A stretch of 64,000 nt of DNA from positions 35,464,001 through 35,528,000 of the forward strand of contig OZ024750.1 of assembly GCA_964016885.1 (NCBI GenBank), given 5' to 3'. Below, in pieces: positions 1 to 13,334 of this stretch. A program made the position numbers and the translations under genes. The DNA is from Eledone cirrhosa (taxonomy: Eukaryota). Positions within the stretch are counted from its first letter, which is position 1. Each line of letters starts with the position of its first letter. Below the pieces are notes generated by a model. That model did not search any database, was not told the origin of the DNA, and saw only the letters and a program-made list of their open reading frames with translations.

Positions 1-20
1 TTGTCCTCAAAATAAATAAT

Positions 21-197
21 TGTTTCTACTTTTGGCACAACGCCAGCAATTGCCCAGTGTATTACTGGTACTTTATTTTATCGACCCCGTAAGGATGAAA
101 GGCAAAATTAACCTCGGCGGGATTTGAACTCAGAATGGCAAGGGCCGTAACTCTACGCGTCAAAGCATGGCGTCCGACCCTCTACCGATACTGTCAA
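21..197 (-). mobile_element. tRNA-derived SINE family 1 (Deu/Nin-like central domain), with 17-bp TSD
   Basis: Minus strand has A-box-like TGRCAGTATCGGTAG, B-box GAGTTCAAATCC, central TTTGCCTTTCATCCTTACGGGGTCGATAAAATAAAGTACCAG and an (ATT)n tail; flanked by TCCTCAAAATAAATAAT at 4-20 and 198-214. Confidence 0.9.
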
Positions 198-1146
198 TCC
201 TCAAAATAAATAATATCAAAATATCATAGATTTGATATTACATCAGATAAAGTCTTTACTGTGAAAATACAATAGTAAATATAGAGTAATGTAAATGCTA
301 AAGGGTTAAACAGGACAGAAAAAATATATTTTGTTTCAAATTGACTGAAAGAAATTTAATGAAGAAATCAATGAAAGAAATACCAATAAAAGATACCAGA
401 TGCTGGGGTGTATGTCTGTATTTGGAGTGAAACATGGAAGAATAATATAGCGACATAGTGGTTCTCCCTTATATGAAATATAACTACACTAGAATTATTT
501 TCCATAAGCTGAAGTGTATGTGTATATATGTGTGTGCATGTGTGTATGTGGATGTGCATAGATTTATATGTATGAGTATATAAATATAAATGTGCAATCA
601 CAGACACACTTACAAAAATACACACTCACTCACAGACATACATTCACACAACCACACACACACATTCACACAAACACACACATGCACATAGAATCACACA
701 CAGCATAGTTTTTTCACCATCCCTTTCCTTCCATTTACACACATATACATTCACGCAGACAGCAGACCCAAAGAGAGGAGTAGTATGAGGTAGTCAAACT
801 ACTCCTCTCTCTTTACGTGTTGTGACAGAATTGCAGAAATTTATATTTAGAAAGGGATGCTGAACAGTTCCTGGCTTTGGAGGATCATTTAATTAGAAAT
901 ATTTCATGGAGTGGAACTTTGATCCTCAATAGGGATTGTAGGTGATTAATAGTTAGCTAGAAAATGAGTAATTCGAAATCTCATGGTTCAGATAGTGTAC
1001 AAGGTTTTTTGATGTGGTCTTATCAAGGTTGTATGTGCGTTGAAGTTCTCTCTCTCTATCACTCGCTGCCTCCGTTTCTCTCACTCTCCCCATCTCTCAC
1101 TATTATATAAAAATGGAAGCCACAAATAATAATAATAATAAAAATA

Positions 1147-1517
1147 ATTGTTTCTACTTTTGGCACAAGGCCAGCAATTATACCAGTACATTACTGGTAC
1201 TTTATTTTATCAACCCCGTAAGGATGAAAGGCAAAGTTAACCTCGGTGGGATTTGAACTCAGAATGGCAAGGGGTGTAACTCTATGCGTCAAAGCATGGC
1301 GTCCGACCCTCTACCGATACTGCCATAATAATTGTTTCTACTTTTGGCACAAGGCCAGCAATTACCCAGTACATTACTGATACTTTATTTTATCGACTCC
1401 GTAAGGATGAAAGGCAAAGTTAACCTCGGCGGGATTTGAACTCAGACCGTAAAGGGACGTAACTATGCTAGAAAGCATGGCGTACAACCCTCTACCGATA
1501 CTGCCAATTCACCGCCT
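1147..1517 (-). mobile_element. Two tandem copies of SINE family 1
   Basis: Same ~185-bp sequence as 21-197, twice. Other copies at about 12379-12678(-), 18521-18710(+), 20168-20348(+), 28110-28278(+), 37488-37674(-), 41456-41643(-), 55899-56083(+), 56489-56695(-), 59456-59743(-), 60209-60390(-). Confidence 0.9.
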
Positions 1518-1523
1518 TTAATG

Positions 1524-1561
<38 letters not shown>

Positions 1562-1636
1562 GATAATCTTTTCTTTACTACAGATATATTTATTTTATTT
1601 GTTCCTTCCCTGTATATGGTGTAGGTGTTTCCTATA

Positions 1637-1712
<76 letters not shown>

Positions 1713-2399
1713 GCTCAACATTTGCTCCTACTTGTATACACTGTGTAGGTGTTGATTATTGTAAAATAAAAACGATATCTCTTCCAATAAAGTCTCACAT
1801 AAAAAGTACTTTTCTCTCAGAATATTAACAATTCTAAACAATGAAGATGTTTGCATGGAATTGATATTTGTTCTTTTTGTTTCTAGTTTGTCTGAGGTAG
1901 AATGAAATCATTTAGAGAATGGAATACTTACAACAATTGCTAATACCACTCATATCCCCCTTCAGCACAGTTTGGATAACTACAATCTATGTTCTGAGGA
2001 CTTTGCAATTTTCTGAAACAGGTTTTTACTAAAATTTCTCTTTAATATTTGCTCTCCAGATATAGAAAATGAAAACATTCATTTTTTTTTTTTTATTTGT
2101 ATTAGCAACCACATTAACAAATCTATCATGCTCTATGACTCAGTCTAGTTCTATGATAAAAACCCATACAAGTTTTGCTTACTTTTTTCTCAGTATTCTT
2201 TGGATCTTGTACTTTTATCCCCTAACAGAGACTTTAAGACTATTTTTAATATAGATTTGAAGGGGCACGTTTTGTCATAACATATTATAGGCTAACCATA
2301 CTTTCATAACACAATTTTCTATCACTATAGTCTAGCTGAATTTGTCATAGCACCAATTTATATTGTTATAAGCTGGCTATTATGTTATAGAATTAATCA

Positions 2400-3290
2400 A
2401 CATAGGCTGGCTATTATGTCATAGCACCAGTTCCCATAGTTATAGGCTGGCTATTATGTCATAGCACCAGTTCCCATAGTTACAGGCTGGCTATTATGAC
2501 ATAACACCGGTTCCCATAGTTATAGGCTGACTACTATGACATAGCACCAGTTCCTATAGTTATAGGCAGGCTATTATGTCATAGCTCCAGTTCCTATAGT
2601 TATAGGCTGGCTATCATGTCATAGCACCAGTTCCTATAGTTATAGGCTGGCTATTATGTCATAGCTCCAGTTCCTATAGTTATAGGCTGGCTATTATGTC
2701 ATAGCACCAGTTCCTATAGTCATAGGCTGGTTATTATGTCATAGCTCCAGTTCCTATAGTTATAGGCTGGCTATTATGTCATAGCTCCAGTTCCTATAGT
2801 TATAGGCTGGCTATTATGTCATAGCACCAGTTCCTATAGTCATAGGCTGGCTATTATGTCATAGCTCCAGTTCCTATAGTTATAGGCTGGCTATTATGTC
2901 ATAGCTCCAGTTCCTATAGTTACAGGCTGGATATTATGTCATAGCTCCAGTTCCTATAGTTATAGGCTGGCTATTATGTCATAGCAGCACCAGTTCCTAT
3001 AGTCATAGGCTGGCTATATGTCATAGCTCCAGTTCCTATAGTTATAGGCTGGCTATTATGTCATAGCTCCAGTTCCTATAGTTATAGGCTGGCTATTATG
3101 TCATAGCACCAGTTCCTATAGTCATAGGCTGGCTATTATGTCATAGCTCCAGTTCCTATAGTTATAGACTGGCTATTATGTCATAGCACCAGTTCCTATA
3201 GTTATAGGCTTGCTATTATGTCATAGCACCAGTTCCCATATTAATAGGCTGAGTATTATGTCATAGCCCAAATTCCTATAGTTTTAAACT
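2400..3290. repeat. 40-bp minisatellite, ~22 copies
   Basis: Unit TATAGGCTGGCTATTATGTCATAGCWCCAGTTCCTATAGT read directly; degenerate edges. Confidence 0.97.
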
Positions 3291-3698
3291 GGTCATTTTG
3301 CCATCAACAATCAATTGGATTATATTTTCTGTCTTCTCTTCGTTATAGATTCCTGAGGAATTTGTGTCATTCTTAATAATGAGCTTTAATAATTACCAGA
3401 AGCATTTTTTTCTTCCTCCTCTTTAAATCCCCCAAGACCAGCTCCAGCACATTTTTTGTATAGTAAAATTTTTTTTTGTTGAGGGGCAATTTTTATACCT
3501 TGAAAAAAGGAATTTACTGATGTGTTGTCTGATGTCTGGCCTAAGATTTTAAATTTTAAGCATAGTTAGCTTTGCCTTTCATCCTTACAGAGTCAATAAA
3601 ATACATTACCAGTAATACACTGGGGTCAATTTAATCAACTTTTCCCACTTCCCTTCAAGTTGCTGGCTTTGTACCAGATGTAAGAACAATTATTAGTA

Positions 3699-3851
3699 GT
3701 GATGGAGATGGTGATGGTGATGATGATGGTGATGATGGTGATGGTGATGGTGATGATGATGGTGATGATGGTGGTGATGATGGGGATGATGATGGTGATG
3801 GTGATGGTGATGATGGTGGTGATGATGGTGATGATGGTGGTGATGATGGTG

Positions 3852-3883
<32 letters not shown>

Positions 3884-4065
3884 GATGGTGGTGGTGATGG
3901 TAATGATGGTGATGATGATGATGATGGTGATGGTAATGATGGTGATGATGGTGGTGGTGATGGTAATGATGGTGGTGATGGTGATGATGATGGTGGTGAT
4001 GGTAATGGTGATGGTGGTGATGGTGATGATGATGGTGATGATTATGATGATGGTAATGATGATAT
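3699..4065. repeat. (GAT/GGT)n trinucleotide microsatellite
   Basis: Direct reading; the M/V ORF is an artefact. Confidence 0.97.
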
Positions 4066-4525
4066 TAATGGTTCTTTATATTGCTGAAAACTGCTTTAAA
4101 ATCATGATAAAGATATGAATTATAGATGCTAATCATTGCCGAATATGATTATCAGCCACTCAATCATAGAAGACAGAAGGAATCAATATTAAGTGCTAGT
4201 GATATTTCACTTTAGAAATACAGAAATTTGAAAATCATTTGGCATTCATTCAAGTTCTTAGTTTTAGCAACCACATACCAATGTGTGGGGCTGGTGGGTC
4301 CTTATTTTTTTTATTTCCTTTAATAATAGCAACCATGTTGTTTTATAAACTTTCCTGATTTGTTTCTCTTTCATATTAAATGAATCAATTTTAATTAATT
4401 TAACAATTATTTGTGTTAAATTCTATTATTGAAATAAGACAAATTATTTACAAGTTTATGTTACAAGATAAAAGAAATTACTGGACAAAAGGGGCGAAAA
4501 TAATTATTGTTTCTGAGTTACAACT

Positions 4526-4892
4526 CCGGAGGGTCTTTGGAGTAATGTTATTTGATAGAGTATGAAGCTTGGAGATCAGAGAATCACTCCAGGTAGAGCT
4601 GCTACTTCTCTGAATTGAGAGATCCCAGCTTCAGTACAATGGGTATGTGGTTAGAATGTCTCAGGAAAGAATCACTGGACAACAGATTCTACAAACAAAA
4701 CCAACAGGCAGGAGATCCAGGGGTAGACCAGGAGCAAGATGGTTGTATAACATCCATTAGCTCAGCTGATCTTGCCTGAGGATCATGCCAGAGCAGTTGG
4801 AGATGGTTGCTTCTGACAGGACCCGCTGGAAGGTGTGTTTAAGGACTCTGCCCCCACGACCCTCTCGGGAATAAGTAGGCGAAGACGAAGAA
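4526..4892 (+). mobile_element. 5'-truncated RTE-clade LINE 3' end (Rex3/Expander-like) with 11-bp TSD
   Basis: Degenerate translation ...IERSQLQYNGYVVRMSQER...GRRSRGRPGARW...DRTRWKVCLRTLPPRP; (GAA) tail; GAGTTACAACT at 4515-4525 and 4893-4903. A second, older copy at ~33700-34100. Confidence 0.85.
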
Positions 4893-5676
4893 GAGTTACA
4901 ACTTTTTCAATAGGATATTGATGAAAGAAAGTTTTATTCTGACTAAGAAAGATCTATTTAAAAGAATATGAGTGCTTACATTTTAGATTTACTCAAGCAA
5001 TATCCTTGACACAGATGGGACAAATTTGATGGCTACAATATCTTGATCAAAACCAAATAAATTTGCCGGATATTAGTTTGAAAACTAGAATCTTGTTTTA
5101 TGGCAAAGTGAATTGGCAAAATGCCTGGAAAGAAAATAGGTCCAACCAAACTATTCATGTTCTCATGCAGATCAACCGATAGAATTGGATAAATATAATA
5201 GAAAAAAAAGATGATTGGTTGATGCTGTGGTATTTCATAAACTTGTCCTTCATTTTTTTTATTTCTGGAACAATACCAATTTGTTCAAAATCTGCTGATG
5301 TTTCTATAAAGTGGAAGGTATGTATCATTACTAACATAAATCAACAATACAATATTTTAATTCTTCATGTAGTGGAAATGTCAAAGGTTTCAGAGATGAA
5401 GTTCTCCATATACATACAGTTGGAATGTAAGACAAAATGGTTTTTATGTATATCATTATTCTTTATGAATTCTTTCAACATATATATAAATAACAATATA
5501 ACACTCACATATAACGACACTAATACACACACACACTCCACTTTGCGTTCCAACTCATTACCAAGACTACTTAACAGTTTTCTTGTTTCCCCTCTTCGTT
5601 TTAATTTTTTTTCGTGTGTCTGTGTCTTTAAATGACCTTTTTTCTGTTTCTCCATTGAGATCCTGTCTCTATTTGT

Positions 5677-5713
5677 ACTCCTGAAGAAGGACTTTAGCCC
5701 GACATGTCGAACT
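5677..5713 (+). ncRNA. Degenerate minimal type I hammerhead ribozyme in a Penelope-type terminal repeat fragment (~5520-5787)
   Basis: CTC-CTGAAGA-AGGAC-TTTA-GCCC-GACA(=GAAA mutated)-TGTC-GAA, followed by AATAAA and ending at (TA)n. Confidence 0.55.
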
Positions 5714-5799
5714 TTCTTTCCTCTTCCCAAAATAAAGCGTGAAACAAATAAGACTTTTTGTACCTCTGTTTGATGTCTCCTTGAACTATATATATATAT

Positions 5800-6122
5800 A
5801 GGTAAACAGAAATAACAACACAATCGGTACAGTATATGTAAGGAATATATTAGGTTAACGCTTGAAATAACAGGAAGAGGGTCTTAACGTTTTGGACGCT
5901 AGACCTTCATCAGAAGAAAGAATGTGAAATTAGAAAGATTGAAGGGACAGGTGGGGCAGAATTGGAAAAAATGTTTTTAGAGAAAAATAATAGGTTCATT
6001 CATGTTGCCATCACTTGGAAAACAGTTGATGCTGGCGTTTTGTGTATGATATACTTTTTTAGAAAAGTAGATGATGGAACACATCTACCTGAAATGGGAA
6101 AAAAACGTTTTGTATATAGAGC
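5800..6122 (-). mobile_element. HHR-containing repeat (Penelope-type terminal repeat), degenerate HHR at 5882-5917
   Basis: Minus: TCTT-CTGATGA-A-GGTC-TAGC-GTCC-AAAA-CGTT-AAGA; homologous to 26936-27262 and 47780-47900. Confidence 0.7.
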
Positions 6123-6404
6123 TATGTGTGTGTGTGCGCGTGTGTATGTCATTATACATTCATACAAAATAAGAGGATATGTGTGTGTATATGTAAGTAA
6201 AAGAGTGTGTGTGTGTGCTTTCAAGTATGAAGCTATAAGCAAAAGTATGTTAATATAAGGGTGTGTGTGTGTGTGTATACAGAGCTGTGAAGTAGAGTGT
6301 GCGTATTTTGTTGATCTGTGTCAGCTGTAAGAGAATATATTTCTGACCATAAGAGAGTAATAGGAATCTAGGCGTGTGTGATAACGGTAGGGGTATTAAT
6401 GAAA

Positions 6405-6845
6405 CTAGCAGAAAAACCACCCTTCAGGTGGTTTTCTGCTAGCCTGTGTAGTGTGCATATTGATATTATATGCATATTGATATTATATGCAAGTATACAT
6501 GTAGATATGATACATAAAATAAAATCGTAATTGACAACATATACAGAAATTGAACGAAGTCTGAGTTATACTGTCTTTTGTAATCAGTAATGTAATCCAT
6601 TGACGGAAATATATGACTGTTTATTTAAACGATCGCTAACCGGAAGTGTTGACATTTGAAAATTTTAAAGAAGTGAATCTTAAAATAAGCCACAAAATTA
6701 TTTATATTTAATCAAGAATAACGAAATTTAGTAGATAAATTATGTAATATTCATTCATTATTTATCCAAAGTAATCCAACTTATTTTACAAACTGGATAA
6801 ACAAATATATTCTGGACGCTGTCCCACACTCCTCCCTTTATTATA
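6405..6845 (-). mobile_element. Putative non-autonomous Helitron-like element
   Basis: Minus strand ends in hairpin + CTAG-T (6405-6441); internal segment 6638-6688 recurs inverted at ~38970-39020. Confidence 0.45.
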
Positions 6846-6847
6846 GT

Positions 6848-7270
6848 TTAGATTGGGGAAGGGAAGTTGAGTCCATGAGGGAAACAGGACCCAAGGTGGT
6901 AAATCAGACTCTGTTCAGTCCTGGTGCACAAGACCTGTGATCCATGATTAAAAGGACACCCAGGACTCAGACAAGTAGGGAAGAGTGGCCTGGGTAACAG
7001 AAATGATGGGTGACGTGAGTATCCAAACCGAGTCATATGTCCCTCAAATGTTCAGCAAAACGGTCTGCCAAATGGCGTCCCATTTGTCCGATGTATAAGG
7101 ACCCGCAAAGGGAACAATGGAGGCCATAGACAATGTGGGTGGAGGTGCAGGTGAAGAAGTGGCAGATATGGAATGAACCGTTGGAGCTTCTGAGAGTGGT
7201 GAGGGTGGAAATGAAAGGACAAATGTTACAGTGGGGATGAGAACAAGGATGAGAGCTGGGTGAAGTCGTA
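6848..7270 (-). pseudogene. Penelope-like retroelement GIY-YIG endonuclease fragment (Neptune-type Cys linker)
   Basis: PCSHPHCNICPF...FTCTSTHIVYGLHCSLCGSLYIGQMGRHLADRFAEHLRDI ... EQSLIYHLGSCFPHGLN; stops and frameshifts present. Confidence 0.9.
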
Positions 7271-7559
7271 GGAGAATATGAGAAGGAAATATATATATAT
7301 GTATGTATGTATATCAAGGAACAAGAAATGAACAAACAAGAAGATGCATTAATATAAATTTGTATTAGTATCACGCTTAAAAGAAAGAGAATATATATAT
7401 ATATATATTATATTAATTATTTATATTCACAAACAAAAGCACTACCTAAGGTTTCAAGGCCGAATAATTGACCATAATTCCAGATTGTAAGAGGTATCAA
7501 AATTGTGACTTATCTTCAGGAGTTTATATGAGCTTATATATATATGTGTGTGTGTGTAT

Positions 7560-7732
7560 ATATATATATATAACAAAGGAAATGTGGTAAGGAACCAGGT
7601 GGACCATAACACACCAAAGTACTCAATACTTAGGGTAGTAGAGTGGGTAATAGGAACGAGTAGGACCCCGACGGCTGAGCTCAAACTGTTTCGACGCCTA
7701 ATTCTGGACTAAAATTTAGTCCAGAATTAGCC
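7560..7732 (-). mobile_element. Half-hammerhead mini-element (copy 1 of 4; others 12690-12880, 31607-31787, 50345-50540)
   Basis: Shared ~170-bp sequence: long stem-II-like hairpin, GAA-ACGGC-loop-GCCGT-C-GGGGT (family consensus), then CACTCTACTACCCTAAGTATTGAGTA, ending in (TA)n. Confidence 0.8.
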
Positions 7733-7839
7733 TTTGGTATAATGATCAAACATGGATATCACTTTCTCAACAGGTATTTTGTTCTGCACCAGCGTTTTGA
7801 ATCACACAGTGTTTTGAAAGCACATGTGTAACTCTACAG

Positions 7840-7957
7840 GGGAGAAAACCCCAAATTTTGGCAAATGAATTCAGTATGTGTAATCGATGCAAAAATTGCA
7901 AAAACACATATATAGAAGAAATGCCAGCAACCATCAAATGCTTGATGTGTAAACAAT
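7840..7957 (+). CDS. Candidate host exon, Cys-rich (B-box-like CxxC...PA...CxxC)
   Basis: ctctacag/ GRKPQILANEFSMCNRCKNCKNTYIEEMPATIKCLMCKQ /gtatgt; no partner exon found. Confidence 0.25.
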
Positions 7958-9296
7958 GTATGTATATATAAATTACACTATATCTTTCCAATAGAAGCTT
8001 CTAGTTGATACCCTAGATATGTAAGGTTTTAGTTATTGATAGTATAGAATTTTGGGTGGAATTCAGAACACTCTGTATATTTGCTACAATTGGAGATATC
8101 GTGTTGCTGATTTTCTAATTTGTAATGAAGGAAAACAGAAAGTTATTATGGCAGTTATGCCATAATAAGTTTGAAGAGAAAAGCATGCAATGAAGCTCTT
8201 TCAAGTAAATGTTGTCGATAATGCCAAGCAAAACATATACATTCTTTTAACATAGCAGCTTTTCAATATTAAATACATGTGTTATAATTGAATGCAGGGT
8301 CATAAGTACAGATCTTCTACTTGAAATATGCTAGAAGAGTCTGTTTCATTACCAAACACAAAAGAATTTATTTAATTTGGTTCACTTAACCAAATGGAAA
8401 ATATCAGAAATAATTATACTCTAGAACAGAATTGTTCTGCCAATGATCTCTTTTATGGAACGTGAATTCCACTTAAGATATTTTATGGTAGCTAACTTTC
8501 TTTATGATGTCTTGAGAATTTGTAAATATATTTACAAAAGACCAGTAAAGTATACCAAAGCGGGATGCATTATGTTCTTATTCACAGGTCTTGAATAATT
8601 GTCCCCACCTCTCACTTATTCATTCTTCAGACCCCCCCACACACACACCACCACCACCACCACCACTCATATTCCAACTCCCCTACTTATTAAATTTTGC
8701 TAATCTATCTCTAGCGAAATTTTATTTTAAGTGGTAGCATTCATGCAACGAATAATTTTCTTTATACATTAAAAAACATCATACATGACAAAGTAAAGTA
8801 CATTACTAGAAATACCATACGTTACAAAAGAAATAGGATGGGTTGGGGTCTCAATATGTAAACTAAACGACTAATTCTGGTTTTTTAAAAAGAAATCAAC
8901 ATAGACAACCTAGAAAAATTACCGATTAACCCCCACCCTCACTTATTTCATCCCCAGCTTATTCTACCCACCCAGCTTATTCCACTCACCCTAGCTTATT
9001 CCAAAACCTCTCCCCCAGCTTATTCCATCACCCCCTATTATTTGAAACCGAACAGTACATGAAACTGAATAAAAGTTGAACCGGTGGAGTAAGAAGCAAT
9101 TTATGAGTAGATGTGATATCTGTTATCTAGCTGAAATACTTCACTTATTCCAATATAACAACATCAGCTTGCTTTGGTGGTTGAAATATAAAGTATCATC
9201 AATGGTAATATATACGTTTTAACATAGAAATAATTGCCAGATTTATCAAAATGTTGTACAAGCTTGAAAAATACAATCCACGGAAGAAGTTATTAA

Positions 9297-9516
9297 CCCT
9301 TTAGTGTTAAAACCGGCCCAAACCGGCCAGAATTCTCTACCTTTTTCTGTTGAAACTGGCTGTAACTGGTTGCTCAAACTTATGTTAAGGTATTGTTCTC
9401 AAAATAAATACTTTCAAAATCTCATAGATTCGATATTATGTGAGATAATTATGTGAGGTAAAGCCTTTACCATGAAAATATAATAGTATATATAAAATAA
9501 TGTGAATGCTAAAGGG
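9297..9516. mobile_element. piggyBac-type MITE
   Basis: TIRs CCCTTTAGYRTT, flanked by TTAA on both sides; a matching right end occurs at ~290-308. Confidence 0.85.
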
Positions 9517-9777
9517 TTAAATTAATTTGCCTTTTAAGAAGACATAATTACCTCCATCTGGTATTATATTGGCAACTAAAACTAGGAGTGGTTGTGTGAA
9601 TGTTTCTCTATTTTTTTTTTTGTGGGGGGGGAACCAAAGTATAGATGGAGACAGGAGAATAGGTATAAAGTTTAGCTGGGCTTCAAAAAGGACAACAATA
9701 GGAATGTGTTATATTAAAACTTAAAGATAACAAATAGGAATAACAATTTCTAAATTTAAAACATGTATTTATCACAG

Positions 9778-9926
9778 TCTTTCTCTCTCTTTCACTGCCT
9801 TACTGTCTCTCTCTCTCTCTCTCTCTCTCACTACCTGACTATCTCTTTGACTATCTCTCTCTGACTGCCTGACTATCTCTCGCTCTCTCCCTGCCTGACT
9901 ATCTCTCTCTCTCTCTCACTGCTTGA

Positions 9927-9961
<35 letters not shown>

Positions 9962-9966
9962 CTTGA

Positions 9967-10000
<34 letters not shown>

Positions 10001-10790
10001 GCCTGACTATCTCTCGCTCTCTCCCTGCCTGACTATCTCTCTCTCTCACTGCCTGACTATCTCTCTGTCTCTCTCTCTCACTGCCTGACTATCTCTCTGT
10101 TTCTCTCTCTCTCTCACTGCCTGACTATCACTCTGTTTCTCTCTCTCTCACTGCCTGACTATCTCTCTGTCTCTCTCTCTCACTGCATGACTATCTCTCT
10201 GTCTCTCTCACTCTCTCTCACTACCTGACTATCTCTCTCTCTCGCTGCCTGACTATCTCTCTCTCTCCCTGCCTGACTATCTCTCTCTCTCCCTGCCTGA
10301 CTATCTCTCTGTCTCTCTCTCTCTCTCTGCATGACTATCTCTCTGTCTCTCTTACTCTCTCTCACTACCTGACTATCTCTCTCTTGCTGCCTGACTATCA
10401 CTCTCTCTCCTTGCCTGACTATCTCTCTGTCTCTCTCTCCCTTTGAATGCTTCTCTCTGTCTCTCTGTCTTTCCATCTGAATACCTGCCTGCCACTTCTC
10501 ACTCTTTCTCTCTATCTCTCCCTCTATTCTATCTCTCTCTACTATCTTTCCTCTATCTTCTTTATATCAGTCTCTATATCTTTCTCTGTACTTCCTCACT
10601 CTCACACACCCTTTCTACTCTCTCCCCCTCTCTCACACACCCTTTCTACCTTCTCCTCCTCTCTCACCCACCCTTTCTACTATCTCCCCCTCTCTCAACC
10701 ACCCTTTCTACTTGCCCCCTCTCTCACACACCCTTTCTACTCGCTCCCTCTCTCACACACCCTTTCTACTCTCTCCCCCCTCTCTCTCTA
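9778..10790. repeat. CT-rich compound micro/minisatellite
   Basis: (CT)n interrupted by CACTGCCTGACTAT units, then CTCTCACACACCCTTTCTACT units. Confidence 0.95.
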
Positions 10791-11163
10791 ATGAAGTCAC
10801 TGACTTACAAACAATACTACACACACTAAATAATCTGCTAGTCTGTGTATTTCAACAACAAAATATATACCAATAAAAACATATTTTTTTTATTATTAAC
10901 ATAAAATCTTAACATGTATATTTTATGAAGAAATAATATGTTATTTCTCAATACAATATAAACTGAGAGAACATAAATTAAATAGCATGAACACCAACCA
11001 AAGCAAAATAAATTAAATTTATGAAGAATCCATACATTTTTTTGTCTGATATAAGCAGCTTCATTAGAATTTAGTAAAAAAAACATTGCTCATAAATATT
11101 TTGTTAACATTTAAAATGAGATGAAAGTAACAATAAGAGTAGTGTTAAAACTGCATAATTTGG

Positions 11164-11247
<84 letters not shown>

Positions 11248-11274
11248 GTGTGTGTGTGTGTATGTATATATGTG

Positions 11275-11306
<32 letters not shown>

Positions 11307-11350
11307 GGTGTGTGTGTATATATATGTGTGTGTGTATGTATATATGTATA

Positions 11351-11386
<36 letters not shown>

Positions 11387-11387
11387 C

Positions 11388-11470
<83 letters not shown>

Positions 11471-11499
11471 CATACACACACATATATACATATATATGT

Positions 11500-11790
11500 A
11501 TGTGTCTGATGGTAGCTAAGATGCTTCCATAGACGGTATGCCAGTTGAGCACTCTATGCTCTTACAGAGCAGAGTATTATATAATATAAAATGACAAATC
11601 AGTGATGCATCAGAACTCAATTTATTGCGTGCTACAATTGTTTCGCCGGCGGACAGCTCGAGGCGCGATCATTGTGTGGATCTGTCTGATTCTGGACCCG
11701 CAGGTTCGACGGACACGTCTAATGATTTCTAATTGTAACACACAATAAATTGAGTTCTGATGCATCACTGATTTTTCGTTTTATATTATA
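11500..11790 (-). mobile_element. Fold-back mini-element in (TA)n with variant hammerhead (11628-11717)
   Basis: ~60-bp inverted arms (11579-11639 / 11731-11790); minus strand CGTGT-CCGTCGA-[long stem II]-GAA-ACAATTGT-A-GCACG then AATAAA. Confidence 0.75.
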
Positions 11791-13074
11791 TATATATTAT
11801 ATATATTTTATATTATATATATATTATATATATTTTATATTATATATATATTATATATATTTTATATGATATATATATTATATATATTTTATATTATATA
11901 TATATTATATATATTTTATATTATATATATTATATATATTTTATATTATATATATTATATATATTTTATATTATATATATATTATATATATTTTATATTA
12001 TATATATATATTATATATATTTTATATTATATATATATTATATATATTTTATATTATATATATATTATATATATTTTATATTATATATATATTATATATA
12101 TTTTTTATTATATATATATTATATATATATTATATATATATTATATATATTTTATATTATATATATATTATATATATTTTATATTATATATATATTATAT
12201 ATATTTTATATTATATATATATTATATATATATTATATATATTTGAGGTTGGTGTTAGGAAGGGCATCCAGCTGTAGAAATCAAGCCAGAATCAGTTCCC
12301 GTCCCACCCTTGCAAGCAGAGAAAAGTGGACGTAAAATGAAATGATGATGAAATGATGATATATATATATATATATATAATTGTTTCTACTTTTGGCACA
12401 AGGCCAGCAATTACCCAGTGCATTACTGGTACTTTATCGACCCCGTAAGGATGAAAGGCAAAGTAAACCTCGGCGGGATTTGAAATATATATAATTGTTT
12501 CTACATTTGGCACAAGGCCAGCAAATTATCCAGTGCATTACTGGTACTTTATTTTATCGACCCCGTAAGGATGAAAGGCAAAGTCAACCTCGGCGGGATT
12601 TGAACTCAGATCGTAAAGGGACGTAACTCTGCTGGAAAGCATGGCGTCCGACCCTCTACCGATACTGCCAATCCACCATATATATATATATAATGAAGGA
12701 AGTGTGGTAAGGAGCCAGGTGGACCATAACACACCAGAGTACTCAATACTTAGGGTAGTAGAGTGGGTAATAGGAAACGAGTCAGGACCCTGGCAGCTGA
12801 GCTCTGGCCGTTTCGACAGCTAGGTCAGACCTAGCTGTTGAAATGGCCGGAGCTCAGCTGTCAGAGTCCTGACTCTTTTCTTATATATATATATATATAT
12901 ACGTGTATATATATTAGATATGTCTCATTTAAAATAATACAGCCAACTTTCCACGCAATACTTTTAGTTAGCACCCCGAACACATAATTGGGAATATAAT
13001 CACTTAGTTCCTAATGTTTGTTGAGTGAGTTGGAATTTGGCCGGAGTATCGCTAAAAAGCTTTCTCCGATATTG

Positions 13075-13121
<47 letters not shown>

Positions 13122-13334
13122 CCAAATTATGCAGTTTTAACACTACTTTTATTGTTACTTTCATCTCATTTTAAATGTTAACAAAATATTTATGTTTTTT
13201 TTACTAAATTCTAATGAAGCTGCTTATATCAGACAAAAAAACTTTAAATTTATAGATTCTTCATGAATTTAACTTATTTTGCTTTGGTTGGTGTTCACAC
13301 TATTTAATTTATGTTCTCTCAGTTATATATATAT

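Noticed and set aside
3699-4118. Met/Val-rich ORFs (also 50800-51552)
   Set aside because: (GAT/GGT)n microsatellite.
11111-12246. Many YI/IY, CV and HT repeat ORFs (also 19510-21074, 42250-43890, 61315-61739)
   Set aside because: Translations of (TA)n/(CA)n microsatellites, which lack stop codons.
12915-13080. Hammerhead in this TA-flanked insert
   Set aside because: Only GAAAGCTT is visible on the minus strand; no CUGANGA or stem I partner.
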